Part shown: positions 50,924-64,000 of the stretch, in pieces | Position numbering within the stretch: position 1 is the first letter of the stretch | Layout of the letters: every line of letters starts with the position of its first letter | Source of the DNA: the human T2T-CHM13v2.0 reference genome, Homo sapiens | Strand: one strand, 5' to 3' | DNA: 64,000 bases | Assembly: GCF_009914755.1 (NCBI RefSeq) | Contig: NC_060940.1 | The notes under the pieces: model-generated | The model's input: only the letters and a program-made list of their open reading frames with translations | Told to the model about the DNA's origin: nothing | Database searches by the model: none | Translations under genes and position numbers: made by a program

Positions 50924-52133
50924 GAAGGGGACATCTAAGTTCCAGGCAAAAAGAGCTAGGTAGGAAGGCCCTGAAGAAAGGAAGTACTTGGTATGTTGAA
51001 AGACCAGAAATGTGGCTGGGGCTGGATCCTAGTCAGCCAGGCAGAGGTGGGGCCTGAGGTGGGAGGAGGCAGCAGCCTCATGAAGGGCTTGGTGGGCCCA
51101 ACACCAGGCACAACTCAGGAGGCAGAAGCCCCTAGCCTGAGGAGCCCGAGGCCATCTTCCTGTGTGGGTCTGGGGCAGGATGTCTGGGGATCTGGGTGGG
51201 GAGGCTGGTATGGGGCCCAGCAATGCTACTTCCGCAGAGAGTGACTGTGATGGGCGCCTTTACCTCACAGACCTCATTTTATAGACCCGAAAGCAGGGCC
51301 CTGATTGAAAACAGCACACACCCTGGACATCTTTCTGCATGCAGAACTTTTTATTCTTTCTCTGGATTTATTCCTTAAAATAAGCCCCAAGAGGAAGATT
51401 CTAAGGCCCTGAGCCTTTTGCTTTGCGCATCTTCCGGAATCAGCGTGACCGCATTGCACTCTATTATTTAGACGTCACTCTTTCCTAAATGCCCCTCAGC
51501 AGATGTGAGGGCCCACTTTGCTCCCGTCAGTGGAAAGTAAGGGGCAGCAACCTGGAGCTAGAACCAAAGTCTCTTCACGTCAGTTCAGAATTGTCACCTC
51601 ATTCCAGAGCCTCCGGCAGGGCTCACACATGTGGCTGCTGAATGTGAACTCCCCCCACCACACCCCAGAAGCAGAAGCTGGGAGGGTGTGCCAGCTCCCT
51701 GCGTCTTCCATGAGCCCTTGGGGCTCTGCTCTCCTCAACCCTCTTCAGCCCTAAGAGGAAAGGCACAAACACGTCCTGCCTGCCCAGCATCTTTCAACTG
51801 TCCAGACCCTAGAGGGCCAGATAATGAAGAAGAACAGCAAAGACTATGACCTGGAGGCCTGGGTCTGAGTCCTGGCTCCCCCTACGCCCTATCTGGCCTT
51901 GGCCCTAGTGCCCGGGTTTTCCAGAGAAGGATCCCGATGGCCTCTTTCTCCTAGGTTTGTTGCGAGGATGGGGTGAGGTAAAAGTGTAGCCTTGATCCAT
52001 CAAGGAGCTCTTGCTCCAGTAACAGAAATTATCCTCATGGAGCTGAAGAAAAGGGAATGAGGTGGGTGGGAGTTATTATAAGGCTACAGGGCTCTGGAGG
52101 CATCTATCAATAAGAACTAGTTTATAGGGGCTA

Positions 52134-52473
<340 letters not shown>

Positions 52474-52475
52474 GA

Positions 52476-52765
<290 letters not shown>

Positions 52766-52777
52766 GAAGAAGAAGAA

Positions 52778-52809
<32 letters not shown>

Positions 52810-52935
52810 AGAGGAAGAAGAAGAGGAAGAAGAAGAGGAAGAAGAAGAGGAAGAAGAAGAGGAAGAAGAAGAAGGAAGAAGAAGAAGAAGAAGAAGAAGA
52901 AGAAGAAGAAGAAGAAGAAGAAGAAGAAGAAGAAG

Positions 52936-52979
<44 letters not shown>
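52766..52979 (+). repeat. Compound triplet repeat (GAA)11-[GAG(GAA)3]6-GAA-G-(GAA)21-(GCA)14
   Basis: Counted directly. Derived from the preceding Alu tail. Confidence 0.97.
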
Positions 52980-53394
<415 letters not shown>

Positions 53395-54323
53395 TTAGGC
53401 AATCTCTGCCCCTCTCTGCTCCCTCTGGCCCTCTTTTGAGTGGCTTCTCCCATCACACCCCAGCCTAGGCAGGGCCCAAGATGGCCTCTTTCTCTAATAA
53501 CCAGCTGGCCCTTTCTATTTGCCAGCCTTTCTGCTTCAAGCCCTATGGTTCTCTGCTTAATTCCCTCTTGGTTTTCAGTATCTCCTAATTCAAGTTCCTA
53601 GGAGAGCGGGGAACCTGCCCAGCTCAGCACATCAGTGATGGCCACTCTCCAGCCAGGTGCCCAACCTGAGGGTGTCACTGGTCACTGAGGGGGCTGAGGG
53701 AGGCTGGAGACTGGGTGAGGTTGCCTACGTTGGCTTCTGAGAAGGAGGAGATTACTATAAAATGCTACACGCAGGCTATTTTGTTCTGTTTGCTGTATTT
53801 TTCTAACCATGTGATCCTTTTCTCTGAAATAGGCTATCGTCTACTGACCACGAGTTGGTCTTTCTCATGCCACAAACTTCTTAAGGTGGTGACCAAGCTT
53901 CAGACATTATCACCACTCGCCCCAAGGACCCTGCTCTTCACTCTCTGAAGAGCTCTACCTCCCTGACATCCCCCTTTTTGTTGCTTAAAAATGGTGAATC
54001 ACTTTGCTTTTCCACCTCTGGCCTCTGAGGAATGAGACGCCCCAGCTCCCACCATTGTCCCGCTCAGCAAGGCTCTTCTTCCTGCATGGCCCTGCCTAGA
54101 GCTAGAACCAGGATTACTAGAGAAGCCTTCGGCCCACCTCCCCTCTGCTCTGATCCTCACCTCTCTCTGTCTGGAGAACTGTTGCATGTGACCAATTGGC
54201 CCAAACCCAACCCTCCGGACATAAGAACAACCAGACATCCAGTGTCCAGCTGCTGACTTTCTAGCCTCATCACTGGGAGAAAACATGTTCTTGTTTGCCA
54301 TCATTGAATTCCAACTTATCTGC

Positions 54324-54913
54324 TGTGATGACTTTGTAAAGGGTCAGTTTAGCCAGGCTGAACTGCATTTCCCACAATGCCCTTCCCTGTAGATTTCAGG
54401 TGAGGGTAGGCCAGAAAGGAGCATCTTGTGGGAGACATGGAGGTCAGAGGGGAGGTAGCAGCCCTTTTTGTGGCTCCCACATGCCTTCATGGATCTGCTG
54501 ACTCACCTCGTATCTGCTGACTCACCTCTTTGGTGTGAGGCTACAGCTGAGCCTGCAAGGCCCCACCTCCCCCTGGTTCCTCCTCCAGCCTCTTGGACTT
54601 TGATGAAGGGTCCTCTCTCCTGTAGGACACCCACAGCACCGAGATCAGAGACAACAGGAGTTGACAGGGGTTTCAGTCTGTCCTCCTGGGCTCCAGCTCA
54701 CACCGTGCATCTGGCTTCCTCCTGCTCCTCCCACTTTACTTCCATCTTCCCTTCCCAATTGCTGCCTTGTGGACTTCAAGTCCCAGCATCAGGCATGAGG
54801 AGCAGGGCCTGACAGAGCCCACCTGACCAGCTCTCTTGTGTGTAAGGTCACACTGATGTAACACACATATGTCGTGGTGGGTTCTGCTTCCCTGATTAAA
54901 CTCGACTAATGTA
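54324..54913 (+). mobile_element. MLT2 (MLT2E-like) ERVL solo LTR
   Basis: Start 'tgtgatgactttgtaaagggtcagtttagccaggctgaactgcatttccca', end 'ggttctgcttccctgattaaactcgactaatgta'. Perfect TSD TCTGC at 54319-54323 and 54914-54918. Confidence 0.85.
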
Positions 54914-55289
54914 TCTGCCAGCGTCTATATCCTCCTGCACATGACCCAGGGGCTGGACTCTACTAAAATTCTCCAGTTTCCCTTCATTCCATCAACTGGG
55001 TGGGTCTGCTTTAAATTTAGAGGAATTTTAACTTCAGCAAAATGGCTTCTTTCAAAGCCGTTGATAAATTTACTACCTAAAACTATCAGCTCAACTTGTC
55101 TATGGAAATGCAGAAAAGGAGAAAAAAAATCTGCTATGAGCTGACAGTATGGGAGAAGCATTACAACTTTGCAACGTATTTAGAAAATGTGCATGCACCA
55201 ATAAGTGTATCACTTCTGACACAATACTAAAAGTAAGTGGCTGCCCCAGGTGGCGATGAATCATAATATCTTATGTGTGCTTTCACGCA

Positions 55290-55440
55290 AAGGCCTCGCA
55301 GCCCAGCAGAGAGAAAAGCAGGGCAAGGAATTGCCTCCTTATTTTACAGCTGAGGAAACTGAGGCTTAGAGAGACTCGGTGATGTGCCCAAGCTTCCCTA
55401 GCTTGTAAGTCAGAGGCTGCAAGCTCAGAGGCTTGAGAAG
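55290..55440 (-). mobile_element. MIR
   Basis: 'attttacagctgaggaaactgaggcttagagag'. Confidence 0.85.
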
Positions 55441-55449
55441 TCAACAGAT

Positions 55450-55735
55450 GCCTCCGTTCTGTTTGATTTGACACACGCTATTTTTTGCCTGTTTTTGCTT
55501 TTTGTCTGCTTCCAATATTTAAAAATCAGCAAAACTGATCCCCATTCCCCCAACCCTCCCCCTGGCAAAAAAAAATCATGTTTGTTATTTGGCAGCACAA
55601 ATATTGGAAGTGAGTAGAGACTGCCCCCTTTAGATAGAATAGGGGATCCCCAGTCTCTATGGTCTAATCCCCCTCTTTCATGGATTCTAAAAATATTGCC
55701 TACTGGCTCCTGTTTCCATCTGTGACTGAGCTCCT
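55450..55735. mobile_element. MER102-like hAT element
   Basis: 'atttaaaaatcag...gagtagagactgcccccttt agat...gcctactggctcctgt'. Confidence 0.6.
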
Positions 55736-56289
55736 TTAAAATCCCTAGACTTGAGACTCAAAGCCAGATTCCTCTGCTCCCATTCTGTGGCTCTTCCAGT
55801 GGGTCATGACATAGTCTTGAAGACATCAAACATAAATGTTTTCAGTCATTTGACAAATATTTACTGAGCACCCTTTATGTGTAGCTTGAAGGAAGAAGTG
55901 AAGAATAAGCCAGATGTGTGCATAAATTAACAAAATAGGTACTTGAGTGCATGTGCATGCCTGTGTACATGTGTGCATGAACACATAGGAACAGTCTTAT
56001 CGGGTGGAGTGAGCAGCAACTGAGAAAACATGCATGAGCTAGCGATAAGCTGCAGAATGCCATGTGTGACAGGCATGTGTCCATCTACATATTTCTGAAA
56101 GTTGATTGCATTTTCTGTTCACTCCTCTTTGAAAGGATAGCTCATGTCTGTTATTGGGAAAATAATTGCTTCAATTCAAGTCTTAGCTGCCTGGATTCTT
56201 GCTCTCCAGCAGCAACCAGGCATTGAAGCAAACCACTCAGGCTCCAGGAATGATTAACTCTGAGGACAACAGCCAGGCAGTAGGCTGGC

Positions 56290-56393
56290 TAGGAGGTGGG
56301 ACCAACTCTCCTGGTTTTCCCAGGACTGAAGTGAGACTTCCAGTATTAAAACTTGGAATGTCCAAAGGAAACTAGAACAAGTTGGTCACCCTA
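56290..56393. mobile_element. MER81 (hAT-Blackjack MITE)
   Basis: 'gaccaactctcctggttttcccaggactga...caagttggtcacccta' with TIRs. Confidence 0.8.
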
Positions 56394-56569
56394 CCTGGAA
56401 AGCGCCTCTTGACAAAGGAGAGACCGAGATCAGAGGCTGGAAGGTGAAATGGGAACCGAAAAGTTCTGCTGTTTGTTTCGAAGTTTTTTAATGGGGCAAA
56501 AGAAACAAATCTGATGATCTCCCTCATCCACAGCATCACTGTCATGAAAGAGCCCTGTCAGCCATCCGT

Positions 56570-57275
56570 GAGTCCCCACCCTACCATTAACTGGCTGGGT
56601 GGCCTGGAGTAAGACTTCTCCTTCCTTTGCCTCCCTTTGTCTCAGCTTTCCCCTCTGTAAAGGGGGGACTTTGGATTTGGAGAGCACAGAGCTCCCCTCC
56701 AACTGTAACGATCTGGTGCAAACCACACAATGTTAAACCTACTTTTAGGGCAATTTTGCTTTGTTCATAACCACATGTTACTTACCTCACAGTGTCCTAA
56801 CAGCTAATATTTACTATGTATTTCACCCATGCTGGGCATGCTATTTTAGGTATTTTAAATGCATCGACTTATTCAGTCCTCACAACAATCCCAATTTATG
56901 GATGAGGAAACTGAGGCATGGGAAGGTAAAATAGCTTGTCCAGAGCTACAGAGCTGGTGAGTGATGAAGCTGGGATTTAGATCCAAGTCAGTCCAGCTGT
57001 CTGTCTGCGCTCTTAGCCACCTCTGTTAAAGTCAGTCTCCTTTGTCTGTTTGGGACTTTGTAAGCTCATAGTTGAAGAACTGACACACAGCATGTTGTAG
57101 TACAATGTAGTGATGAAGGGTTCAGGCTCTGGAGTCAAAGACCTGAATTTATATGGGGTCTGCTACTTTCTATCTGGGAATATCACTAAACTTAACTCTC
57201 TCATCTGTAAAATTAGACTAATAATTGTCCCAGCTCATAAGGTCAGTGAGAGATTGCTTGCAAGACACTTAGCAC
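56570..57275. mobile_element. Cluster of three MIR fragments
   Basis: MIR cores at ~56640 (+), ~56900 (-) and ~57200 (+). Confidence 0.75.
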
Positions 57276-57771
57276 ATCCCTCCTCATTGTACACCCAACA
57301 AGAATGTATCCATGTGTCTACTGAAGAGCATGTGCTGGAATGTTCATGCTTATAGGAGTACCATTTGTAACAGCACAAAACTGGAATGTGCCTACGTGCC
57401 CATCAACAGTGAACAGATAAATAGCCTGTGGTCCATTCACACAATGGGATCCTATCCAGCCATGAGGGTGAAAGAAATGCAACCATACCCAGCCACCTGG
57501 TTGAAGTTTGCAAGCTTTATGCTGAATGAAAGAAGCCAAGTGTGGAGGAGAACATCCTGTGTGATTCCATTGATACCAAGCTCAAAACTAATCTGAGCTG
57601 TTAGAAGTCAGGAGAGCGGTTCCTCTGAAGGGTTGAAGTAGTAACTGGAAAGAGGCAAGTGTGGCTTGGTGGGTGCTTTGATGATCTGTTTCTGTTTCAT
57701 TACAAGAAACAAAGTTTGCATGGGTGTGCTCATCTTGTGAAAATTCACTGAGCTGCACCCTAATGATGTGT

Positions 57772-57802
<31 letters not shown>

Positions 57803-58135
57803 GAGATAGTCTGACCCTGTCACCCAGGCTGGAGTGCAGTAGCATGATCACAGCTCACTGCAGCCTCAAACTCCTGTGCTCAAATGATTCTCCACATCAT
57901 CCTCCAGAGTAGTTGAAACTACAGGCATGCTCCACTATGCCTGGCTAATTTTTGTATTTTTTGTAGAGGTGGGGTTTTGCCATGTTGCCCAGGCTGGTCT
58001 TGAACCCTTGAGTTCAAGCAATCCACCCATCTTGGCCTCCCACAGTGCTGGGATTACAGGCATGAGCCACTGCTCCTGGCTTGATATGTGTTCTTGATAT
58101 GATATGTGGAGTATGTTATACTCCAATAAAAACTG
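57276..58135 (+). mobile_element. L1MC/ME-type 3' end, interrupted by AluJ
   Basis: 'gaatgaaagaagcca...tgtgtgattccatt...ctgttagaagtcagga...gtgaaaattcactgagctg'. Confidence 0.8.
57773..58081 (-). mobile_element. AluJ
   Basis: Antisense Alu with TSD 'tgatRtgtgtt'. Confidence 0.92.
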
Positions 58136-58631
58136 TTTAAGCAGATGCCCAATAACAAATGACTAAGAATTCTGATGGAGTAGGAACTTGCTGTGGAAAG
58201 GGGATGGTCTTTGGGACTGGCTAGTCCAGGGCCCTGCCCCATTCTGTTTCTTCCTGGCTGTGTGATCTTGAACAAGTTGCTTAACTTCTCTGAGCTTCCA
58301 CTTTATCATCCGTAAGAATACTATACACTTCATAAGGGTGCTCTGAGGACAAAATAATAAAGCACATACAAAGGCAGCATAATATCTGGAACAGTAGGTA
58401 CATAATATTTGCTTGATGCATGACTGAGTAAACTTTAAAAGTCACTTGGCTTCTCTCTGAGTGGCTGAGCCTCCTAAATCAATAGATAAACAAATGGGTA
58501 AATAAGTAAAATTCCCCTTTTCACTCAGATGTGGATGATGCTGACCACTGGGAGGTCAGGATGTGGCTCTCATGGGTCTTGGGGTTCAATCTCATTGGAA
58601 GCCTGGGGTTCTCTCTAAGAATGTATTTCCT

Positions 58632-58931
58632 GATGGACACAGTGCCTCATGCCTGTAATCCCAGCACTTTGGGAAGCCAAGGTAGGCAGATTACTTGAGG
58701 TCAGAAGTTTGAGACTAGCCCGGCCAACATGGCAAAACCCTATCTCCACTAAAAATACAAAAATTAGCTGAGTGTGGTGGCCCATGCCTGTAATCCCAGC
58801 TACTCAAGAGGCTGAGGCAGGAGAATCGCTTTAACCAGGAGGCGGAGGTTGCAGTGAACCGAGATCATGCCACTGCACTCCAGCCTAGGTGACAGAGCTA
58901 GACTCCATCTCCCACCCCCACCCAAAAAAAA
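58632..58931 (+). mobile_element. AluSx-like
   Basis: Full dimer. Confidence 0.92.
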
Positions 58932-59479
58932 TATATTATATGTGTTTCCTCTATCAGTTTACAGGCTTGATTGTTTCTGGCAATCAGACCTGGAGAAATT
59001 GTCTGTGGCTGCACAAAAGTGAATGCATTCTACCCAATCCCCTTCCTCCCCTGGTCAAGTAAGCCTGGCTTTTCCCTTGCAGTCCGGACACCCATCCACC
59101 ATTACTCTGTGTGTAGAGGCCCAGCCTGTGGGATGGGCGGCAGCTGGAAGGAAGCTCCCTCCAGGAAGTAATCTGGTGGCATGCAGAGCTCTGGTGGAAG
59201 AGGGTGAAGTGTCTGAGTCCTGGTCAAACAGTGACAGCCCTTCCCCCACAGGGGCATTGGTCCTTCCCAAGTAACCCCACCCCTTAGCATCTTTGCCTCT
59301 TCCTGATGGAATTAAACAGCTACCACACTTCCATTTCACAGCGGGAGAAATGGAGACTAAGTGCCTGTGACACCTGGTCACTGGTCTAAGTGCTGATGAT
59401 ACAATGCCCCTGCCCTCTTGGAGCTGGTAGTTCATGGGTCTATTTTAGTTCCTACATTAGCTCAGGTGCATTCACAGAA

Positions 59480-59850
59480 AATAAGTAATGATGCTTTAGC
59501 AAGACAGGTTTATTTCTTTCTCACTGAGAGCCTACGTTGGTTGGCTATCTGAGGGGCAGGTGGCTTTGTTCCACAAGTCATCCAGGGGCTCAGGTTTCTT
59601 CCACCCTGCTCTGCCAGCTCCCAGCATTCTGTCAACCACATGATCAAAGCTGAAAAGAGGACAGTGTAGGGCAGGCAGTATCCTTCAAGGGCCTGACCTG
59701 AGGGCTGCACACAAGTCAATTCTGCTCACATCCCATTAGTATGATCTTAGTCACATGGTCACATTTAGCTGCAAGGGAATCTGGGAAATGTAGTCTTTAG
59801 CTGGGTGGCTGTCTGCACAGATAAAACTTGGGGGTTTTATTACTAACAGG
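59480..59850 (-). mobile_element. MLT1 (J-like) LTR
   Basis: 'ggtttatttctttctcac...gtcatccaggggctcagg...ttctgctcacatcccatt...cttagtcacatggtcacatttagctgcaagggaatctgggaaatgtagtcttt'. Confidence 0.8.
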
Positions 59851-59918
59851 GAGAAGGGAAGGATGGATCTAGAGGGGCACTTTTTCCCACATGGGGAGAG
59901 ACAACAATAAATACGTAC

Positions 59919-60204
<286 letters not shown>

Positions 60205-60425
60205 CATACTTTTACACCATAAGTCAGGTGGGCAGGGAGATCTTTTGAGATGACATTTGAGCAGAGAGCAAATGCATTAAGGTAGATGTTTCCATGCTGC
60301 CTAAGGAAAGAGGGTTCCGGGCAGAGGGAGCAGCAAATGAGAGGCCCTGGATGGGTGGGAGGAATGAGCTTGGCGCGTTTGAGAAAAGCAGCTTAGGAGA
60401 GCCTGGCAAATCACAGGAAGGAGCT

Positions 60426-60781
60426 TGTATTAGATTGTTTTCATGCTGCTGATAAGACTTACTTGAGACTGGGTAATTTATAAGGAAAAAGAGGTTTAAT
60501 AGACTCACAGTTCCACGTGGCTGGGGAGGCCTCACAATCATGGCAGAAGGCAAAAGGTGTGTTTTACATGGCAGCAGACAAGAGAGAACTGGTGTAGGGA
60601 AACTCCCCCTTATAAAACCAGCAGATCTCATGAGGCTTATTCACTATCATGAGAACAGCACAGGAAAGAGCCGCCCCCATGATTCAATTACCTCCCTCCT
60701 GGTCCCTCCGATGACACATGGGAATTGTGGGAGCTACAATTCAAGATGAGATTTGGGTGGGGACACAGCCAAACCATATCG
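60426..60781 (-). mobile_element. THE1B-like solo LTR within L2 remnants
   Basis: 'tgtattag..ttttcatgctgctgataa...cagttccacgtggctggggaggcctcacaatcatggc...gatttgggtggggacacagccaaaccatatc'. Confidence 0.93.
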
Positions 60782-63548
60782 GGGGTCTACAAGTCTCTTC
60801 ACCCTTTCCTCTTGGGCATTCCAGAGTCCTTATCATGGACTGTCCTTCGCAAGGTGAACTGTGTGTGTGTTAGGGGTAGGGGCAGAGATTAGGTGCAGAA
60901 GCTAGGTAGGAGGCTGCACACTTGTCCAGGTGAGAGATGAGGCTTTTGTCTAGGATGAAAACAGAGAGGGGTGCAAGCAATGAGATGTATTTTATCCATG
61001 AAGAAGAGGAATGGAATACGTTGTTAGGAAAATAGATTGGGGTTGAAATTTGGGGTAATCTTACATGGCTTGCTAAAAACCAAACCTCCAGGATTTTACT
61101 TTGTAGGCAGCAGGGTGCCTTGGGAGGGTTTAGTGCAGAGGCATGGGCTACACTTTAGAAGAGCTCATAAACTCGTTGGGGGAGTGATTTTATTAAAGAT
61201 GAACAAGAAAAGGTTGAGGGGGTATCCTGTCAAGTTGGAAAAGGAGAAGTGCCAAGATCCTGCTTTTAGGGCTGATGGAAAGTCCAGATCTGCTCACAGT
61301 CAGGCACCGAGAGTGCAGAGCCTCCGGCCAAGGGGGATAAAGTGGAAAGAGTTCTTAAAGATGTGCGTCCACATACACATTGCTCCCAAAGAGCCTTATA
61401 TTGCCAGACACAGCAGCAGGAAGCCATTATGAGAGCTTGCACAATCTACTCTAGCTGAGAATGTTTCCCAATATAATTTACAAAATTTCAGTTGGAAATG
61501 CATTAGCAGTTGAGCAGTGAGGAACTTCAACGGGGTAAATAGGAAAACTAAATTAAAACCCCAGCTTCGAACGCGATCGAACGGTGTGTGCAGCTCCTGC
61601 AGTCTTCTCTAACCTTTTCAAGTCCAAAGGGCCCTTTTGTTTTCCCCAGTTTATGGGTTGGTTTTCATTTGATTTGGTTTCAGAAAGTTTTTACGGAATC
61701 CACTCAAGTGACTGCTGATGAGCTTGCATGCAAAACCATCCGTTCACACATCCATCAGAAAAGGATCTCAGAAGGGAAGAGAGGCAGACATCAGAAAACA
61801 CACAGAGAACATAGAGAGCTCCAGGACAAGGGTAGGACAGACAAGGATGGAGACAGAGAGACATACAGAGAGAGAGAGAGAGATTGAAATTCAGAGGGAA
61901 AGACATTGAGGGAGAGAATGAGAATAACACGATGCAATTTCTTTCTCTAGGCTGCTTTGAAAAGTAATAGCTTATGCCCAGGAGACTGTTCCCTTTAAGT
62001 TGTACATGTCCTTTCCTGGCCATATGTCAACTGGACCATGCATTGGAAAGTTTTATAGGTGTCTGAAAGGCTGTTCACCCCTTCTTCTTGGGCATTTGGG
62101 GGGCCCTTACCGTGGAATCTCCTTCTCTTTCAAACAGTACCTTCTTAAGCTCCTGTCCCTTCTCCAAATGACTTTCCTCCTTCCTTTCTAGCAACTCAGT
62201 GTTTTTCTTTTAGCTCCACCTCCTAGAGCAGGCTTCAAGTTCTTTTTGACATCACAGGGTTAGTCATTTCCCTTTAGGAATTGTAAACATAAATGACACC
62301 CTGGACGAAGTCTAGACTGGGTCCTCAGTCCTCTTTGGAGAATGAGAGGTGTCTGTTCTGTGGGCACCATCACCATGAAGCCTGTGAGAGGGTGCCAGGC
62401 CATCCCCAGCTGAGGAGTCAGCACTGATTCCCCCTATCCATGCTAGGCCCCTCCATTTCAGAGGAAGAATCCTGTTTAGTATCATTTGGAGCACCCCTTG
62501 TGTATCTGTCAGGTGTTAGCGTCTGGGACAAAGCCTGTACCTTCACCGAGAGGACATTCCAGGAGACAGGTTACAAGAAACAAGCACACCAATACATACC
62601 ACAGTTCACAGTAGAGATCAATGCTTTGCAAAAAATACTAATAATAAAGTAGTAAAATGATAGAGCATGGTTGGCGGGAGAGGTGGTTTCTCTAGATGGG
62701 GTGGGCTGGGATTGTCACTCTGAGAAGGAACATTTGAGTAAAGACTAAAATAATGTGAGTGGGGGAGGGCAAGTAGATACGCCGAGATGAGAATAAGCTA
62801 GACATTGTCAAGGAACAGAAAGAAATGCCTTTCTATTCCTTAGTTGTATTTGGAGACCTAGAGAAGTTGTGGGAAATAGCAAGTTTGGCATCCTCACTTG
62901 CAGCATGTGCTAGCGTTACCTACACTACAGTGGACATGAAATGGTTAAAGAGCAACCTCCCTCTACCCCACACCCATGCAAATGTCAGCAGCCAAGGGGG
63001 ACACTTGGTCATGGAGCAGAGAGAGAGTCCAATAATCCATGCCCTGAACCACCCTCGAGCCTTCCAGCCGAAGCTGCTAGTTCCATCCACAGCCTGAGTG
63101 CAGTGAAGCCCTCTCCCCACCCATCCCTGCAGCTTAGACTAACTCCCAGACACAGCTAAGCCAGGAAAAGGCAGGTCTAGATGTACAGCACCAACCAAAC
63201 AGCCCAAACCAGGGCTGCAGGCATTCTGTAGGATACAACGAACGGAGAGAGAAAACAAACCTTAGCTCTTAAGATCTAAAGAAGAGAGATGGATAGAACT
63301 TTAAATATGCAGTTGATTATTCTGAATACTTAACTCTGAGCAGTTGCACACAGGAGAACTGAGAATTCTGTACAACTGGTGTTAAATGCAGGTGGACTTC
63401 TTCCATCCAGACCGGGCTGTAACACAAAAGCATATTGATGCTGCAAACCTCGGTTTATGAAACAAGAAAGAAATGCACAGAGAACAGAGAATTTCTGCAG
63501 TCACACATGGATAATTTCCAGGAAAGAGAGATTAGCAGTGAACGTCAC

Positions 63549-63570
63549 TGTGTGTGTATGTGTGTAATTT

Positions 63571-63618
<48 letters not shown>

Positions 63619-63620
63619 AT
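63549..63620. repeat. (TG)n/(TA)n microsatellite
   Basis: Directly visible. Confidence 0.9.
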
Positions 63621-63689
63621 AGTTGTCTGTATACAGAAGAGCACTCTGACAGGGCTCCTTCTCATCTTAGAGTTCTATTCATCATTTAT

Positions 63690-64000
63690 GGGAAGAACTA
63701 AATCCAAGCAGAAAATAAATAGAAAGAAGCAGTGATTTTAAACCCGATCTTCTCTTTGATTACATTAAAATTTTAAACTTCTGTATGGCCAAAAATAAAG
63801 AGAGAGAGAAAGAAAGTCCTAAACAAAGTCAGAAGGCAAGCAGCAATGTGGGAAACAGCATCACATAATAGACAAAGGGCTAATTTTTATTATTTACAAA
63901 GAGCTCTTACAAATCAATAAGGAAAAGACAAACAGCCCAATAGATAAATGAGCAAAGTACAGGAACAGGCAGATAGCAGAGAAAAGCAACGCATTTGGCC
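63690..64000 (+). mobile_element. Ancient L1M ORF2 3' region, runs off the window
   Basis: 'aaaattttaaacttctgtatgg...gacaaagggctaat...aaagagctcttacaaatcaataag...cccaatagataaatgagcaaag'. Confidence 0.8.

Noticed and set aside
55242-55256. CTCF-like motif GCCCCAGGTGGCGA
   Set aside because: Only a partial match, and it cannot be scored without a PWM or ChIP data.

Overview
This is primate (human-like) euchromatic non-coding DNA. I find no supportable protein-coding gene, RNA gene or CpG island. Almost every ORF in the track is chance, simple-repeat translation or transposon-derived. The window is dense in interspersed repeats: Alu J/S/Y, MIR, L2, L1PA/PB/M, HAL1, THE1/MLT1/MLT2/MER66 solo LTRs, hAT and Tigger MITEs, and a near-complete Ricksha MULE element with a decayed DDE transposase. 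It also has two minisatellites (40-bp x29 and 41-bp x~7), a compound (GAA)n/(GCA)n triplet tract inside a nested Alu cluster, and a ~450-bp purine tract. Between the repeats lie several unique, motif-rich blocks that resemble developmental enhancers, as in a gene desert or large intron. I cannot name the locus and see no evidence for a new gene system. The best leads are structural or regulatory oddities. Family and subfamily calls come from my recall of consensus sequences, not from a search, and most boundaries are approximate unless a target-site duplication (TSD) is quoted.
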